Of a stretch of DNA of 64,000 nucleotides, positions 1-8,649 are shown piece by piece (within the stretch, counting starts at the first letter, position 1; each line of letters starts with the position of its first letter). The notes under the pieces were generated by a model. It was not told where the DNA came from. It did not search any database and worked only from the letters and a program-made list of their open reading frames with translations. The stretch covers positions 3,616,001-3,680,000 of the forward strand of contig CAXXLX010000001.1 in the NCBI GenBank assembly GCA_963665235.2, read 5' to 3'. Made by a program: the position numbers and the translations under genes. Origin of the DNA: Candidatus Poribacteria bacterium. Lineage in GTDB: Bacteria; Poribacteria; WGA-4E; WGA-3G.

Positions 1-1476
1 CTTGATGAGATTCAGGCCGTGCTGATAACTTTTCAGGATTTCATCACAAACCTGTTGGACAGATTTTTCCTGTGTCGCTGCGCGTTCACAGATGGCTTCG
101 GTTGCTTCCGCATCGAACTCAATTTTTAGTCCGTGGTCCGTATAGAACTGCGCCTCGTACCTACGTACCTGCTCCCGCATAACGATATTGCGATTGTAAT
201 TGGCATCTTCAATAATCTTCTTGAGCTGGACATCCGGGGTATCGACCACCTCAGCGGTGACGACGAATTCTGTGAGGCTTGTGGATGGAAGTTCGAACTT
301 ATAGTTACGCAGCGTCTTTTCACAGACTGTCATTAAGGCACGGGCCCCGGTTTTTTGTTCAATGGCACTTTCGGCAATTTTGCGTAACCCGTTGTCAGCG
401 AAAAGCACGTTAATGCCGTAAGCCCGGAAAGCGTTCTCATATTGCCGAACGATTGAGCCTTCGGAATGCTTCAGGATATGAAAAAGATCATCGGTTTCTA
501 ACTCGTTACAAATGACGTGGACCGGCAGTCTTCCGATGAACTCCGGTTCGAAACCGAAATCGATAAAGTCTTTTGGGGTAACCTGCTCAAAATATCGCGC
601 GACATCCTCCTTTTGGCTCACAACATCGGCGTTAAAACCGATACGGCTTTGATGCAGGCGTTTCTTGATAATCTTCTCTATGCCGGTGAACGCTCCGCTG
701 ATAATAAACAGAATATGCCGGGTGTTGATAACCTCTTTTTCGACCTTGCCACGTTTCTGAAATTCCAGAGCCGCTCGCATCTGAGAGGCGACATCGTGCC
801 CAGACCGAAGGTCTACCTCGGTCTCTTCCATCAATTTGAGAAGCCCAATTTGAACACCGCGTCCGCTAACATCGCGCCCGATAATATTCGGAGGGGTCGC
901 AATTTTGTCCGCTTCATCAAGATAGATAATCCCATATTGTGCAAGTTCAAGATTATCCTCCGCTTGCGCCACTAATTCACGAATTAAGTCGTCTACATTT
1001 GCCCCAACGTAACCGGTTTCGCTAAATCGGGTAGCATCCGCTTTGACAAACGGCACGCCGATTAACTTCGCAATGTGGCGAATCAGATAGGTCTTGCCAA
1101 CGCCGGTCGGCCCGAGCATAACGATGTTCTGCTTTGAGTAATCAACATCTGTGATGTCAGGGTTTTCATGGCACTCCCGGACATGGTTGTAGTGGTCACA
1201 GACCGCAATAGCGAGGGCTTTCTTCGCATCATCCTGTTTGATGACATACCGGTCCAAATACTGCTTAATATCTTTCGGTTTGAGGTCGAATTTCAAATCG
1301 AAGGTTTTCTGCGGTTCCGGCTCTTCCTCTATTTCATCTGGGGAGACCTCCTTTGTCCCCACGTATCCCAAGCCAACGCCTATGTTTCCGCCGTATTTCT
1401 TCTGCAAATTCTTCTCAAATTCTTGAATTTCCTTTTGCATCTCTTCTGGAGTTGGTATTTTTCTATTCGTTGTCAT
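1..1476 (-). CDS. ClpX-like AAA+ ATPase lacking the N-terminal zinc-binding domain (3' end runs off the window)
   Basis: Manual translation from ATG at 1476 (absent from the ORF track): IKQYLDRYVIKQDDAKKALAIAVCDHYN, KQNIVMLGPTGVGKT (Walker A), VPFVKADATRFSETGYVG and an RIGF ClpP-docking loop; no CxxC in the N-terminus. Confidence 0.85.
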   Translation of the reverse strand, partial: MTTNRKIPTPEEMQKEIQEFEKNLQKKYGGNIGVGLGYVGTKEVSPDEIEEEPEPQKTFDLKFDLKPKDIKQYLDRYVIKQDDAKKALAIAVCDHYNHVRECHENPDITDVDYSKQNIVMLGPTGVGKTYLIRHIAKLIGVPFVKADATRFSETGYVGANVDDLIRELVAQAEDNLELAQYGIIYLDEADKIATPPNIIGRDVSGRGVQIGLLKLMEETEVDLRSGHDVASQMRAALEFQKRGKVEKEVINTRHILFIISGAFTGIEKIIKKRLHQSRIGFNADVVSQKEDVARYFEQVTPKDFIDFGFEPEFIGRLPVHVICNELETDDLFHILKHSEGSIVRQYENAFRAYGINVLFADNGLRKIAESAIEQKTGARALMTVCEKTLRNYKFELPSTSLTEFVVTAEVVDTPDVQLKKIIEDANYNRNIVMREQVRRYEAQFYTDHGLKIEFDAEATEAICERAATQEKSVQQVCDEILKSYQHGLNLIK

Positions 1477-1592
1477 GACTTTCCTAGTGATTGGTATTCA
1501 CCCCTTAATAGTCATCAATTAGATAGTAGCGACAAAGGAGAAGCAATAGTCACAACATATCTGCTGATGGTTTCCGTTAGCTATTTGTGCTA

Positions 1593-3161
1593 TTAATCCC
1601 CGACATTTGCATAAAAGAATGGGGGCATTGTCAACGCAACGACATCGTCATCTCCAGAGATTTCGCGTGCCATTGCGAGTGCATCGTCTAAATTTTTTGC
1701 CCAGTCAACGCCTAACCGCTGGGCCACCTGTGGGTCTTTCGGCCCCACTAAAATAACCTTAGATAGATATTTCAACGGATACGTCGCCCAATACCAGACA
1801 GTGAACGGGTGGAATCCGTGGTGTGCGAACCTATTCCGGTAGCAATCTATTAAGTACTCGTCCTTTGCATATTTTTCCTGATATTTCCGTTGCATTTCAA
1901 AAGGTTCAGTTGTATCTGCTAGTACTTCATCGTAAAACATTCTGTAAGCGACGTGATATTCCTCGTGAAAAATTTCGTAGGTTGGATTCAGAATGATAAC
2001 AACCCCGTTCTCTTTGATAAGCGGTTTGTTATAGAACCAATTGAAAACATATCCGAGTATATCGCTGACGACCAAAACCGGGTTAATCCGTGCATCGACA
2101 GCATAAGGGCTCATGTCAGGTAATCCGAACACAAGCGTACTATACTGCCGCGGAATATCTATTGCCAATTGTTCTTTCATCAGCGTCAACGTTTTGGCGT
2201 GTACTGCATCGATGTCGCCTGCGTTTAGTGCTATCGGTTCGTAGTCGGTTCGAACGCTTTTTAAGATTTTATACCGTACCGTTTCTGGGAGTATAGACAA
2301 AGTTGCGGGGGTAAAAGTTTTAAGAATCCGCTCGGCAATATTGCAGTCACGGTTCGGTTTTCCAACATAACGGAGATGAAACGGATATATTGCTCCGTTC
2401 ATCGCGGCTTCAAGAATGAGTATCGGTGTCTCTTTCTGAATAAGACGACTCATCTGTTCAATGCAGGCGTGCATGTGTGAACCGTCCGGTTGCATCACGT
2501 GTGGGCTCTCCGATGTCATGTGTGGCGAGTGATGTGGTGCGATGGAGTTATACGTGCCGAGCCCAACTGCGACAGATTTATGCCCCCCGTTAAGCGGAAT
2601 TTGCACCGTATCCACGTAAATCACCAGGTCGGCTTCAAGGACAGCCTTATCTGTTTCGACGATTTCGTCATTTTCTGTTCTTCCTACTTCGACAATCTGT
2701 TCAATGTCTTCTGCGTCAAAATTTCGGAGTTGATGCGGATAGAACTCATCCATGATGTTTTTTCCTAACATATAGGTGAGTTCATGCTCTTTCATCTTCC
2801 GGTGCAGCGCGACCGCGCACATTAGCTGAATGTTCTTTTTTTCTACCCCATACTCGTCCAACATTTTCAGGAGCGTTTCAAGCATAATTTGCCGCATATC
2901 CGGCTTTTTGGTAGCTGGAAACGGTTGACAGTTGTCATCAAAAAGGATGAGCACCTTCGAATTGCCATCGACGAGTTCCCGCAAAGGGGGCATCTCTAGC
3001 GGATTTTCAAAGGCATGCTGTGTATGCTCAGCCAATGCAGTCCGCTTAATCCCGGGCAGAGGTGGTTTCGCATAGAATACCTCCGAATTGTCCGGTATTT
3101 TCGCATTGATTAAATGGTTTCCAAAGTAGGTAAAGTATTTCATCAAAATAACCTTTTTCAC
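1593..3161 (-). CDS. Lactate racemase-like (LarA/DUF2088) domain protein
   Basis: ENPLEMPPLRELV, ILFDD, AVALHRKM, NFDAED and GGHKS motifs typical of LarA-family N-terminal domains; the start may be at 3143. Confidence 0.75.
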   Translation of the reverse strand: MKKVILMKYFTYFGNHLINAKIPDNSEVFYAKPPLPGIKRTALAEHTQHAFENPLEMPPLRELVDGNSKVLILFDDNCQPFPATKKPDMRQIMLETLLKMLDEYGVEKKNIQLMCAVALHRKMKEHELTYMLGKNIMDEFYPHQLRNFDAEDIEQIVEVGRTENDEIVETDKAVLEADLVIYVDTVQIPLNGGHKSVAVGLGTYNSIAPHHSPHMTSESPHVMQPDGSHMHACIEQMSRLIQKETPILILEAAMNGAIYPFHLRYVGKPNRDCNIAERILKTFTPATLSILPETVRYKILKSVRTDYEPIALNAGDIDAVHAKTLTLMKEQLAIDIPRQYSTLVFGLPDMSPYAVDARINPVLVVSDILGYVFNWFYNKPLIKENGVVIILNPTYEIFHEEYHVAYRMFYDEVLADTTEPFEMQRKYQEKYAKDEYLIDCYRNRFAHHGFHPFTVWYWATYPLKYLSKVILVGPKDPQVAQRLGVDWAKNLDDALAMAREISGDDDVVALTMPPFFYANVGD

Positions 3162-3339
3162 ATTTTATGTCTTCTATAATTTATTTTAGCACAGTTGATG
3201 GAAAGATTGCAAGTTTTTTTTGTTTGAGGGCAAGGCTATTTAGCTCTTCCTATTTTTCGTCTTTTTTTCAACCCCTCTCTTATAGTATGAGGAGCGGGCT
3301 TCTCTACTGGACCTAATGGGTTTACTATATTGCAGAGCC

Positions 3340-3784
3340 ATATATTTTATCATCGGAGATAAAGGATATGTTTCCGAACAACTTGATAGGGAATTACTGC
3401 GAAACTTCAACGAACGCCGCTTCTCCCCAAGCGGCTGACGGCTGCAAGCCACTTGGGGAGAAGCGGCGTTCTGTCTATTACCGCCCGGCGAAAGAACCAG
3501 AAAGCACAATATCCAGAAGACTTCCGAAAACCGCATCAAAAAATGAGAAGGCGGGTTGAAACAACGATAAGTCAACTGACATAACAGTTCAATGTTTGCC
3601 GCATTCGTGCAAGGTCTCATTGGGGATTTCGGACACGTCTTAGCAACAAGTTTGGCGGTTTTACCCTCGGTGTTTTCATCAATAAATGTTTAGGACGCAA
3701 GCTAATGGCACTAAAAGATGTTGTCTACACATAAAAAACTAAACAGTAATAGGTATAGGACAAATACGAACTAGCACAACCCGT
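3340..3784 (+). mobile_element. IS982-family transposase remnant (3' part) with right end
   Basis: IIGDKGYVS...RRKNQK...RRRVETTISQLT*QFN..RIRARSHWGFRTRL; internal stop, frameshift and hairpin insertion; end motif aactagcacaacccgt at about 3769-3784. Confidence 0.75.
3412..3471. repeat. 60-bp hairpin element (perfect 20-bp inverted repeat) inserted in the IS982 remnant
   Basis: gaacgccgcttctccccaag (3412-3431) / cttggggagaagcggcgttc (3452-3471). Confidence 0.9.
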
Positions 3785-3839
3785 AATTAATGGAAAATGA
3801 TGTCAAATTACGAAAAAATTGCGATTTTTTAGAAAAAAT

Positions 3840-3868
3840 TTAACATTCACCGGAATTTATGGTATAAT
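3840..3868 (+). promoter_or_regulatory. sigma70-type promoter for the secreted-protein/TolB cassette 1
   Basis: TTAACA-17bp-TATAAT with TG extension; RBS aaggag before ATG 3928. Confidence 0.6.
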
Positions 3869-3927
3869 ATATTTGTTACAAGTCATAAGTTCAATAATCT
3901 GCTATCAAAGCAGAAGGAGAAAATCTA

Positions 3928-4037
3928 ATGAAAACGCTAAAACTTGCCATCCTAAGTGTCGCAATAATATGCTTGTTCGGGAATGAAAACGCTAAAACTT
4001 GCCATCCTAAGTGTCGCAATAATATGCTTGTTCGGGA
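3928..4037 (+). repeat. Perfect 55-bp tandem duplication of a gene 5' end
   Basis: atgaaaacgctaaaacttgccatcctaagtgtcgcaataatatgcttgttcggga at 3928-3982 and 3983-4037. Confidence 0.95.
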
Positions 4038-4801
4038 TGGTAACGAGTAGTGAAGGGTTTGAAATTGTGTCCTTTCAATCAGATACGGAGGTGTAGGGTT
4101 CTTACACATATCACACGGCATCTCTGACAACGGATGTACCTTTTTATTGTGTATGGTGGTATGTTAATGGAGCTTTCGCAGGATATAGTTATGGTGGTAA
4201 TAGAACGACTCAAGCTTATTTCAGTCCTAACGGGCTGACTGGCAGTGTTCATGGGGTTAATCACACGATCAAAGCAGAAGTTGGATGGATTGCGGCTGAT
4301 GGCACTTCCCACTTTGCTACCGATTCCTACGTTTTGAGGATGTTTCAATCGAAAATAATTAGCGGCTCAAAATATCCTTCTGAGATGGTAAAACCTAAAC
4401 GCGGCACGGGGATATACGGCCACGTAGAACTCTATCGCCACTATCATGATGGACAAAGTATCGTCGTGGACGCATCTGTGTATGCCTCTAATGGGACAAT
4501 GGTAGAACTTAATGCCGCTTCGTGGTACCGACATACGCAATTCGGAATAGATAATGGTGTAACGCTATGGGAGCTAGAGGTCCAGGGGCCCAGCGAGCAG
4601 CTGTCCTCGGGTGAAAGCTATAACTCCTACGGCTCTCCAATGATCAGCTATTGGGTCGGCGGAAATATAGAAGTGGGTCAAGAGATTAAGTTAAATGCGC
4701 ATGTTCACCTACAGGTGGGTGGGCGTGTGTGGCACGAAGAGAATAATGCGTGGACGCATACGTTTGATCGCACGCACAACAAAGACTATCAACCCGATTA
4801 A
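3983..4801 (+). pseudogene. Secreted hypothetical protein (paralog of 42386-43255) interrupted by an in-frame TAG at 4094-4096
   Basis: Signal peptide MKTLKLAILSVAIICLFGMVTSSEG is in frame with ORF 4334-4801; shares YASNGT and NAHxHLQV with 42386-43255. Confidence 0.8.
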
Positions 4802-4815
4802 TAACCGATTTTGAT

Positions 4816-4932
4816 GGCAGGGGACAATGTGCCCCTGCCACACTTTTATCCAAGGGGAGGTGAACCCCCTTGCCACACTTGTCAGGGGGGAATGTGGAGA
4901 ACCCCCCTTTATCCCCCCGCAAGCGAGGGGAA
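4816..4932. repeat. Cluster of GC-rich hairpins between the cassette genes
   Basis: ggcaggggacaatgtgcccctgcc, ggggaggtgaacccc, ccccccgcaagcgagggg; the first hairpin recurs at 43271-43295. Confidence 0.7.
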
Positions 4933-4945
4933 TAGGAGTCCAACT

Positions 4946-6007
4946 ATGCTTATGAACAGAGTTGTTTTGCTTTGCCTGTTAGGACTGATTTTATCAACCG
5001 CAGCGCATGCGAAAATTGTTTTTAGCTCAGAACGCAACGGTGTGAAGGGTATCTACGTGATGGACGATGATGGCAGCAACCAGACACTTCTCATCGAAGG
5101 TAGGGGGGGGGCCGTCCCATGGAGTTGGTCTCCCGATGGCACACGGATTCTGTTTACGAAAGGTGTTAGGAGAGGTGTGCAGCAGAGCGTCATCCTCTTC
5201 CTGATAGATCCGGATGGCACGAACATTCGGCAACTGACAGAAAACGATGGGAGTTATATCGGTAGAGCTTCATTTTCACCGGACGGTAAATTTATCGTTT
5301 ATCATAGACGTTGGAATGAAAATAACAAGGAGAAACGTAGCGTAGAAGTGCTGAATATTGAGACGGGGAAGCGGAAAGTCATATTAGCGGATCATCTGGC
5401 AATCGACGCAATCAACTGTGATTGGTCTCCGGAGGGTCGGCATATTCTCTTTGCGGAGCCTACCAGTCCTGGCAAGAGCAACACGATTTGGATTATGGGT
5501 GCGGATGGACATAACCCCCGTGAGCTTATACCGAATCCGGGTCCGCAACGTGACAATTTTCATATTTACCGAGAAAGACCGCGTTGGTCGCCGGATGGTC
5601 GGCAAGTTGTATTCACAGAGAGAGAACAAAAATGGGAGCATGTGCCCAATGTCGTTAACGGGCTTATCTTTAAAGCGTTTCGGTATATGATTTACGATTT
5701 CGCCAGTGATAGCATCCGAAAGCTCTCTATACCGAGAGACTGGATATGCTATGGCATTGACTGGATGGATGATGGTGAATCTGTTGTTTTCGCTGCCCGG
5801 GCTGACATGCCTATGGACAAACTGCTAATGGGACGTATTGACTTTCCCCCGTGCTATGTGTATAAGTATCATATCAAAACGCGTGAGAGGACGCAGCTGA
5901 CACATGATCCGGGCTGGGATCAGACAATAGATTGGATCAGTGATGATGTGTTGTCGGTCACTCCGCAGGGTAAAAAAAAAGTGACGTGGGGAGCGATTAA
6001 GAGATAA
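4946..6007 (+). CDS. TolB-like (PD40/WD40-like) beta-propeller secreted protein with C-terminal KKKVTWGAIK motif
   Basis: Signal peptide, KIVFSSER, IYVMDDDGSN, repeated WSPDG/FSPDG; RBS aggag before ATG 4946. Confidence 0.85.
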   Translation: MLMNRVVLLCLLGLILSTAAHAKIVFSSERNGVKGIYVMDDDGSNQTLLIEGRGGAVPWSWSPDGTRILFTKGVRRGVQQSVILFLIDPDGTNIRQLTENDGSYIGRASFSPDGKFIVYHRRWNENNKEKRSVEVLNIETGKRKVILADHLAIDAINCDWSPEGRHILFAEPTSPGKSNTIWIMGADGHNPRELIPNPGPQRDNFHIYRERPRWSPDGRQVVFTEREQKWEHVPNVVNGLIFKAFRYMIYDFASDSIRKLSIPRDWICYGIDWMDDGESVVFAARADMPMDKLLMGRIDFPPCYVYKYHIKTRERTQLTHDPGWDQTIDWISDDVLSVTPQGKKKVTWGAIKR

Positions 6008-6188
6008 AGTGGAACCCTCGCTGGCAGAGGTGTCAAATTATCCGTTGTGTAAGACGCTCTGTAATACGAAAGCCGTTGACATCTCAAGTCATGACACCGC
6101 CTAGCACAACCTGTCTTAGTAATACCGTCGTTTTTTTTCGCCATGTGTGTTCGTCTCCTTTTTGAAAACTTCGCCTATAGTAGTTCCC

Positions 6189-6827
6189 TTACCCCGAATC
6201 AGGCATTTCGCCTGCCACTGCGCGAACGTAACGACCCGCCTGTTTCCCTGCATCTGTTGTCGACATAATCCCTGACATCACAGCGACTCCGAAAGCCGAT
6301 GCCGCCAAACATTCGGCAACGCGCAACGGTGTAATGCCCCCCAGTGCAAAGACAGGCAACCGGACCTGCTTCGTTAGCTGTGCCAGACTTGCAATGCCGA
6401 CAGCGGGCCCATACCCCGGTTTGCTTACTGTCGGGTAGATAGGGCTATACGTCACGAAATCGGCACCCTCCGCCGCCCGTTTTTGTGCTGCTGCGACACG
6501 ATGTACCGAGCAGCCGACCCGCAATTCGTTGTCTGTTTGTGCCTTCACAGCATCTACAGCCCCCGCATTCGCTGGCAGATGAACCCCCGTGGCTCCGACA
6601 TCCAGCGCGACACGTATATCGGTGTTGATGAAAAGGTGCGCGTTGTAACGTTGACACCGCGCCGCTATCGGTCGCGCGAGGTGGTACAACGCTAAACTGT
6701 CCAAATCCTTTTCCCGCAACTGAATAGCACGCACCCCCGCATCCAACACCTCCGAAATAACTGTGAATAACGGTGTAGGGGTACAGCGATGTCTATCTGT
6801 AATGACGTACAGCTTAAAATCGAGCAT
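6189..6827 (-). CDS. thiE: Thiamine phosphate synthase
   Basis: LYVITD, IQLREK, GVHL, GCSVH, PTVSKP and FALGGI motifs. Confidence 0.85.
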   Translation of the reverse strand: MLDFKLYVITDRHRCTPTPLFTVISEVLDAGVRAIQLREKDLDSLALYHLARPIAARCQRYNAHLFINTDIRVALDVGATGVHLPANAGAVDAVKAQTDNELRVGCSVHRVAAAQKRAAEGADFVTYSPIYPTVSKPGYGPAVGIASLAQLTKQVRLPVFALGGITPLRVAECLAASAFGVAVMSGIMSTTDAGKQAGRYVRAVAGEMPDSG

Positions 6828-6830
6828 GGG

Positions 6831-8204
6831 CTAAACGGAAATCTTACGGAGGCGCGCCGCAAACGCACCATCAACGCCATGTTCATGTGGAAACGTCTGG
6901 AGAAAACCGTCCGGGGTTATCGCGCTTTGTGGAACATCAGGCAAAAACGGATGGCCGTTCTCCACTGCATACATCGGAAAATTCTTTAGAAATCGACGAA
7001 TGACTTCCTCATTCTCCATCGGTTCAATGCTACAGGTGCTGTAAACTAAAATACCGCCATGTTTAATGTATTGTGCTGCGTTCTTGAGTAGATTATACTG
7101 TAGTTCAGTGAGGGTGCGGAGCTGCTCGGGTGTTTTGTTCCATCGGATATCGGGGTGCCGACGAAGTGTCCCAAACCCTGAACACGGCACATCAAGCAGC
7201 ACTGCATCAGCAGTGTTAATAAAGCTGAGGTCGGCTTTTGTTGCATCCAATGTTCGGGTTTGGACATTGCGTGCCCCGATACGTCGGCAGTTCTCTTCCA
7301 GTAGCGAGAGTTTTTTCTCTGAAATATCTACGGCGATAATTTTTCCTGAATTCTCCATCAGGCATGCAAGGTGCGTTGTCTTGCCCCCCGGGGCGGCACA
7401 CAAATCTACCACGTATTGTGGCGATTCTGACATAAGCAGGTACGGCACTAACATCGCACTCTCATCTTGCACATAGACATCAGCGCGGTTGAGCACATCC
7501 TTTAGTGTCTTCTCATCGGGAGTGTTAGAGGCAGCATCATAAGCGGTAATCGAGCGATTGGCAATTACGATGCCATCCGGGGCAATTTCGGAAACTTTAG
7601 TAGGCAGCCCATTCGCCATGAACGATTGCTGGAGGTCTTCACAGGATATTAGGAGGGAATTCACACGGAAAGCGAGCGGTGCAACCTGATTGCTCGCGCG
7701 ACAGAATGCCAAAGTCCAATTGACCCCGCGTGTCTCAATCCATCTTTTCACTAACCACTCCGGATAGGACAAAGAGAACGTTATATGTTCTATCGGATTC
7801 GTCTCAAGCGATGGGTAGGCAAGCGTCGACGCTTTGCGTTGTACAGCACGCAAAACCGCATTGACGAAGCCGGCTGTCTTCCGACTGCGTTTGGCAAGTT
7901 GAACGGTCTCAAAAATCGCAGCGTGCGGCGGAATACCATCGAGATGTAGCAGTTGGAACGCACCGAGCCGCAAGATAGCTCGATGTCTTGCATCCAACCG
8001 GAACTGTGGATTGATGAAGTGTTCTAACACCCAATCCAATTGCTGCTGCCAACGGATAACCCCGTAGACCAAACCGTTTGCCAATCGGCGTTCGCGGCCG
8101 TCCAGACCGTGCTTCCGAAATGCATCGTCAACCACAGAAGCAATTGACGCTTGGGTCTTGGAAAGGTGCAGAAGGCATTCGAGGGCAACTTCACGAACGT
8201 TCAT
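6831..8204 (-). CDS. rsmB: 16S rRNA m5C967 methyltransferase (Sun/RsmB)
   Basis: NusB-like N-terminus; VQDE, DLCAAPGGKT, DVPCSG and YSTCS motifs. Confidence 0.93.
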   Translation of the reverse strand: MNVREVALECLLHLSKTQASIASVVDDAFRKHGLDGRERRLANGLVYGVIRWQQQLDWVLEHFINPQFRLDARHRAILRLGAFQLLHLDGIPPHAAIFETVQLAKRSRKTAGFVNAVLRAVQRKASTLAYPSLETNPIEHITFSLSYPEWLVKRWIETRGVNWTLAFCRASNQVAPLAFRVNSLLISCEDLQQSFMANGLPTKVSEIAPDGIVIANRSITAYDAASNTPDEKTLKDVLNRADVYVQDESAMLVPYLLMSESPQYVVDLCAAPGGKTTHLACLMENSGKIIAVDISEKKLSLLEENCRRIGARNVQTRTLDATKADLSFINTADAVLLDVPCSGFGTLRRHPDIRWNKTPEQLRTLTELQYNLLKNAAQYIKHGGILVYSTCSIEPMENEEVIRRFLKNFPMYAVENGHPFLPDVPQSAITPDGFLQTFPHEHGVDGAFAARLRKISV

Positions 8205-8251
8205 ATCTTATCTTCCGAGCCATGCTAAGGGCTTCAAGGTAGGGCATGGCA

Positions 8252-8524
8252 CTAGGCATTTTGTGCTATGAGCGCGTTCAGCTGGCGGGTAAGCCGTGAC
8301 TTTTGTCGATTTGCTGTACCCTTTTTGATAACACCCTTACCGGCAGCTCTATCTAAGAGGCTTGACGTGGTCCTGCATAGTTGCTGTGCCGTTTCAACGT
8401 TCCCTTCAGCCAGCGCGCGTTCTGTATTTTTCAGCGATGTCCTGAGCGTCGCTTTACGATGTCGATTCCGTGCACGTTTTGTTTTATCCGAGCGTACACG
8501 TTTCATTGCTGATTGTCTATTCAA
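8252..8524 (-). CDS. rpsT: 30S ribosomal protein S20
   Basis: SAMKRVR...RARNR..K..LRT..K...LDRAAGKGVIKKGTANRQKSRL. Confidence 0.93.
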   Translation of the reverse strand: MNRQSAMKRVRSDKTKRARNRHRKATLRTSLKNTERALAEGNVETAQQLCRTTSSLLDRAAGKGVIKKGTANRQKSRLTRQLNALIAQNA

Positions 8525-8649
8525 AACAGTAAACTCCTTTTAAATTTTTACGTAGCGATTTGTCTCCTTTAATGATACCACAAAAATTGACGTTTGTCCA
8601 CATTTTTTTTCGACTCGGCAGAGACATTCGCTAAGCAGCATGATCTGTC

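Noticed and set aside
126-1596. Plus-strand ORFs 133-336, 517-975 and 1168-1596
   Set aside because: They are shadows of the minus-strand ClpX-like gene, which the ORF track missed because it leaves the window.
4946-6007. Genuine tolB of a Tol-Pal system
   Set aside because: It lacks the TolB N-terminal domain and there is no tolQRA/pal context; it is only a TolB-like propeller.
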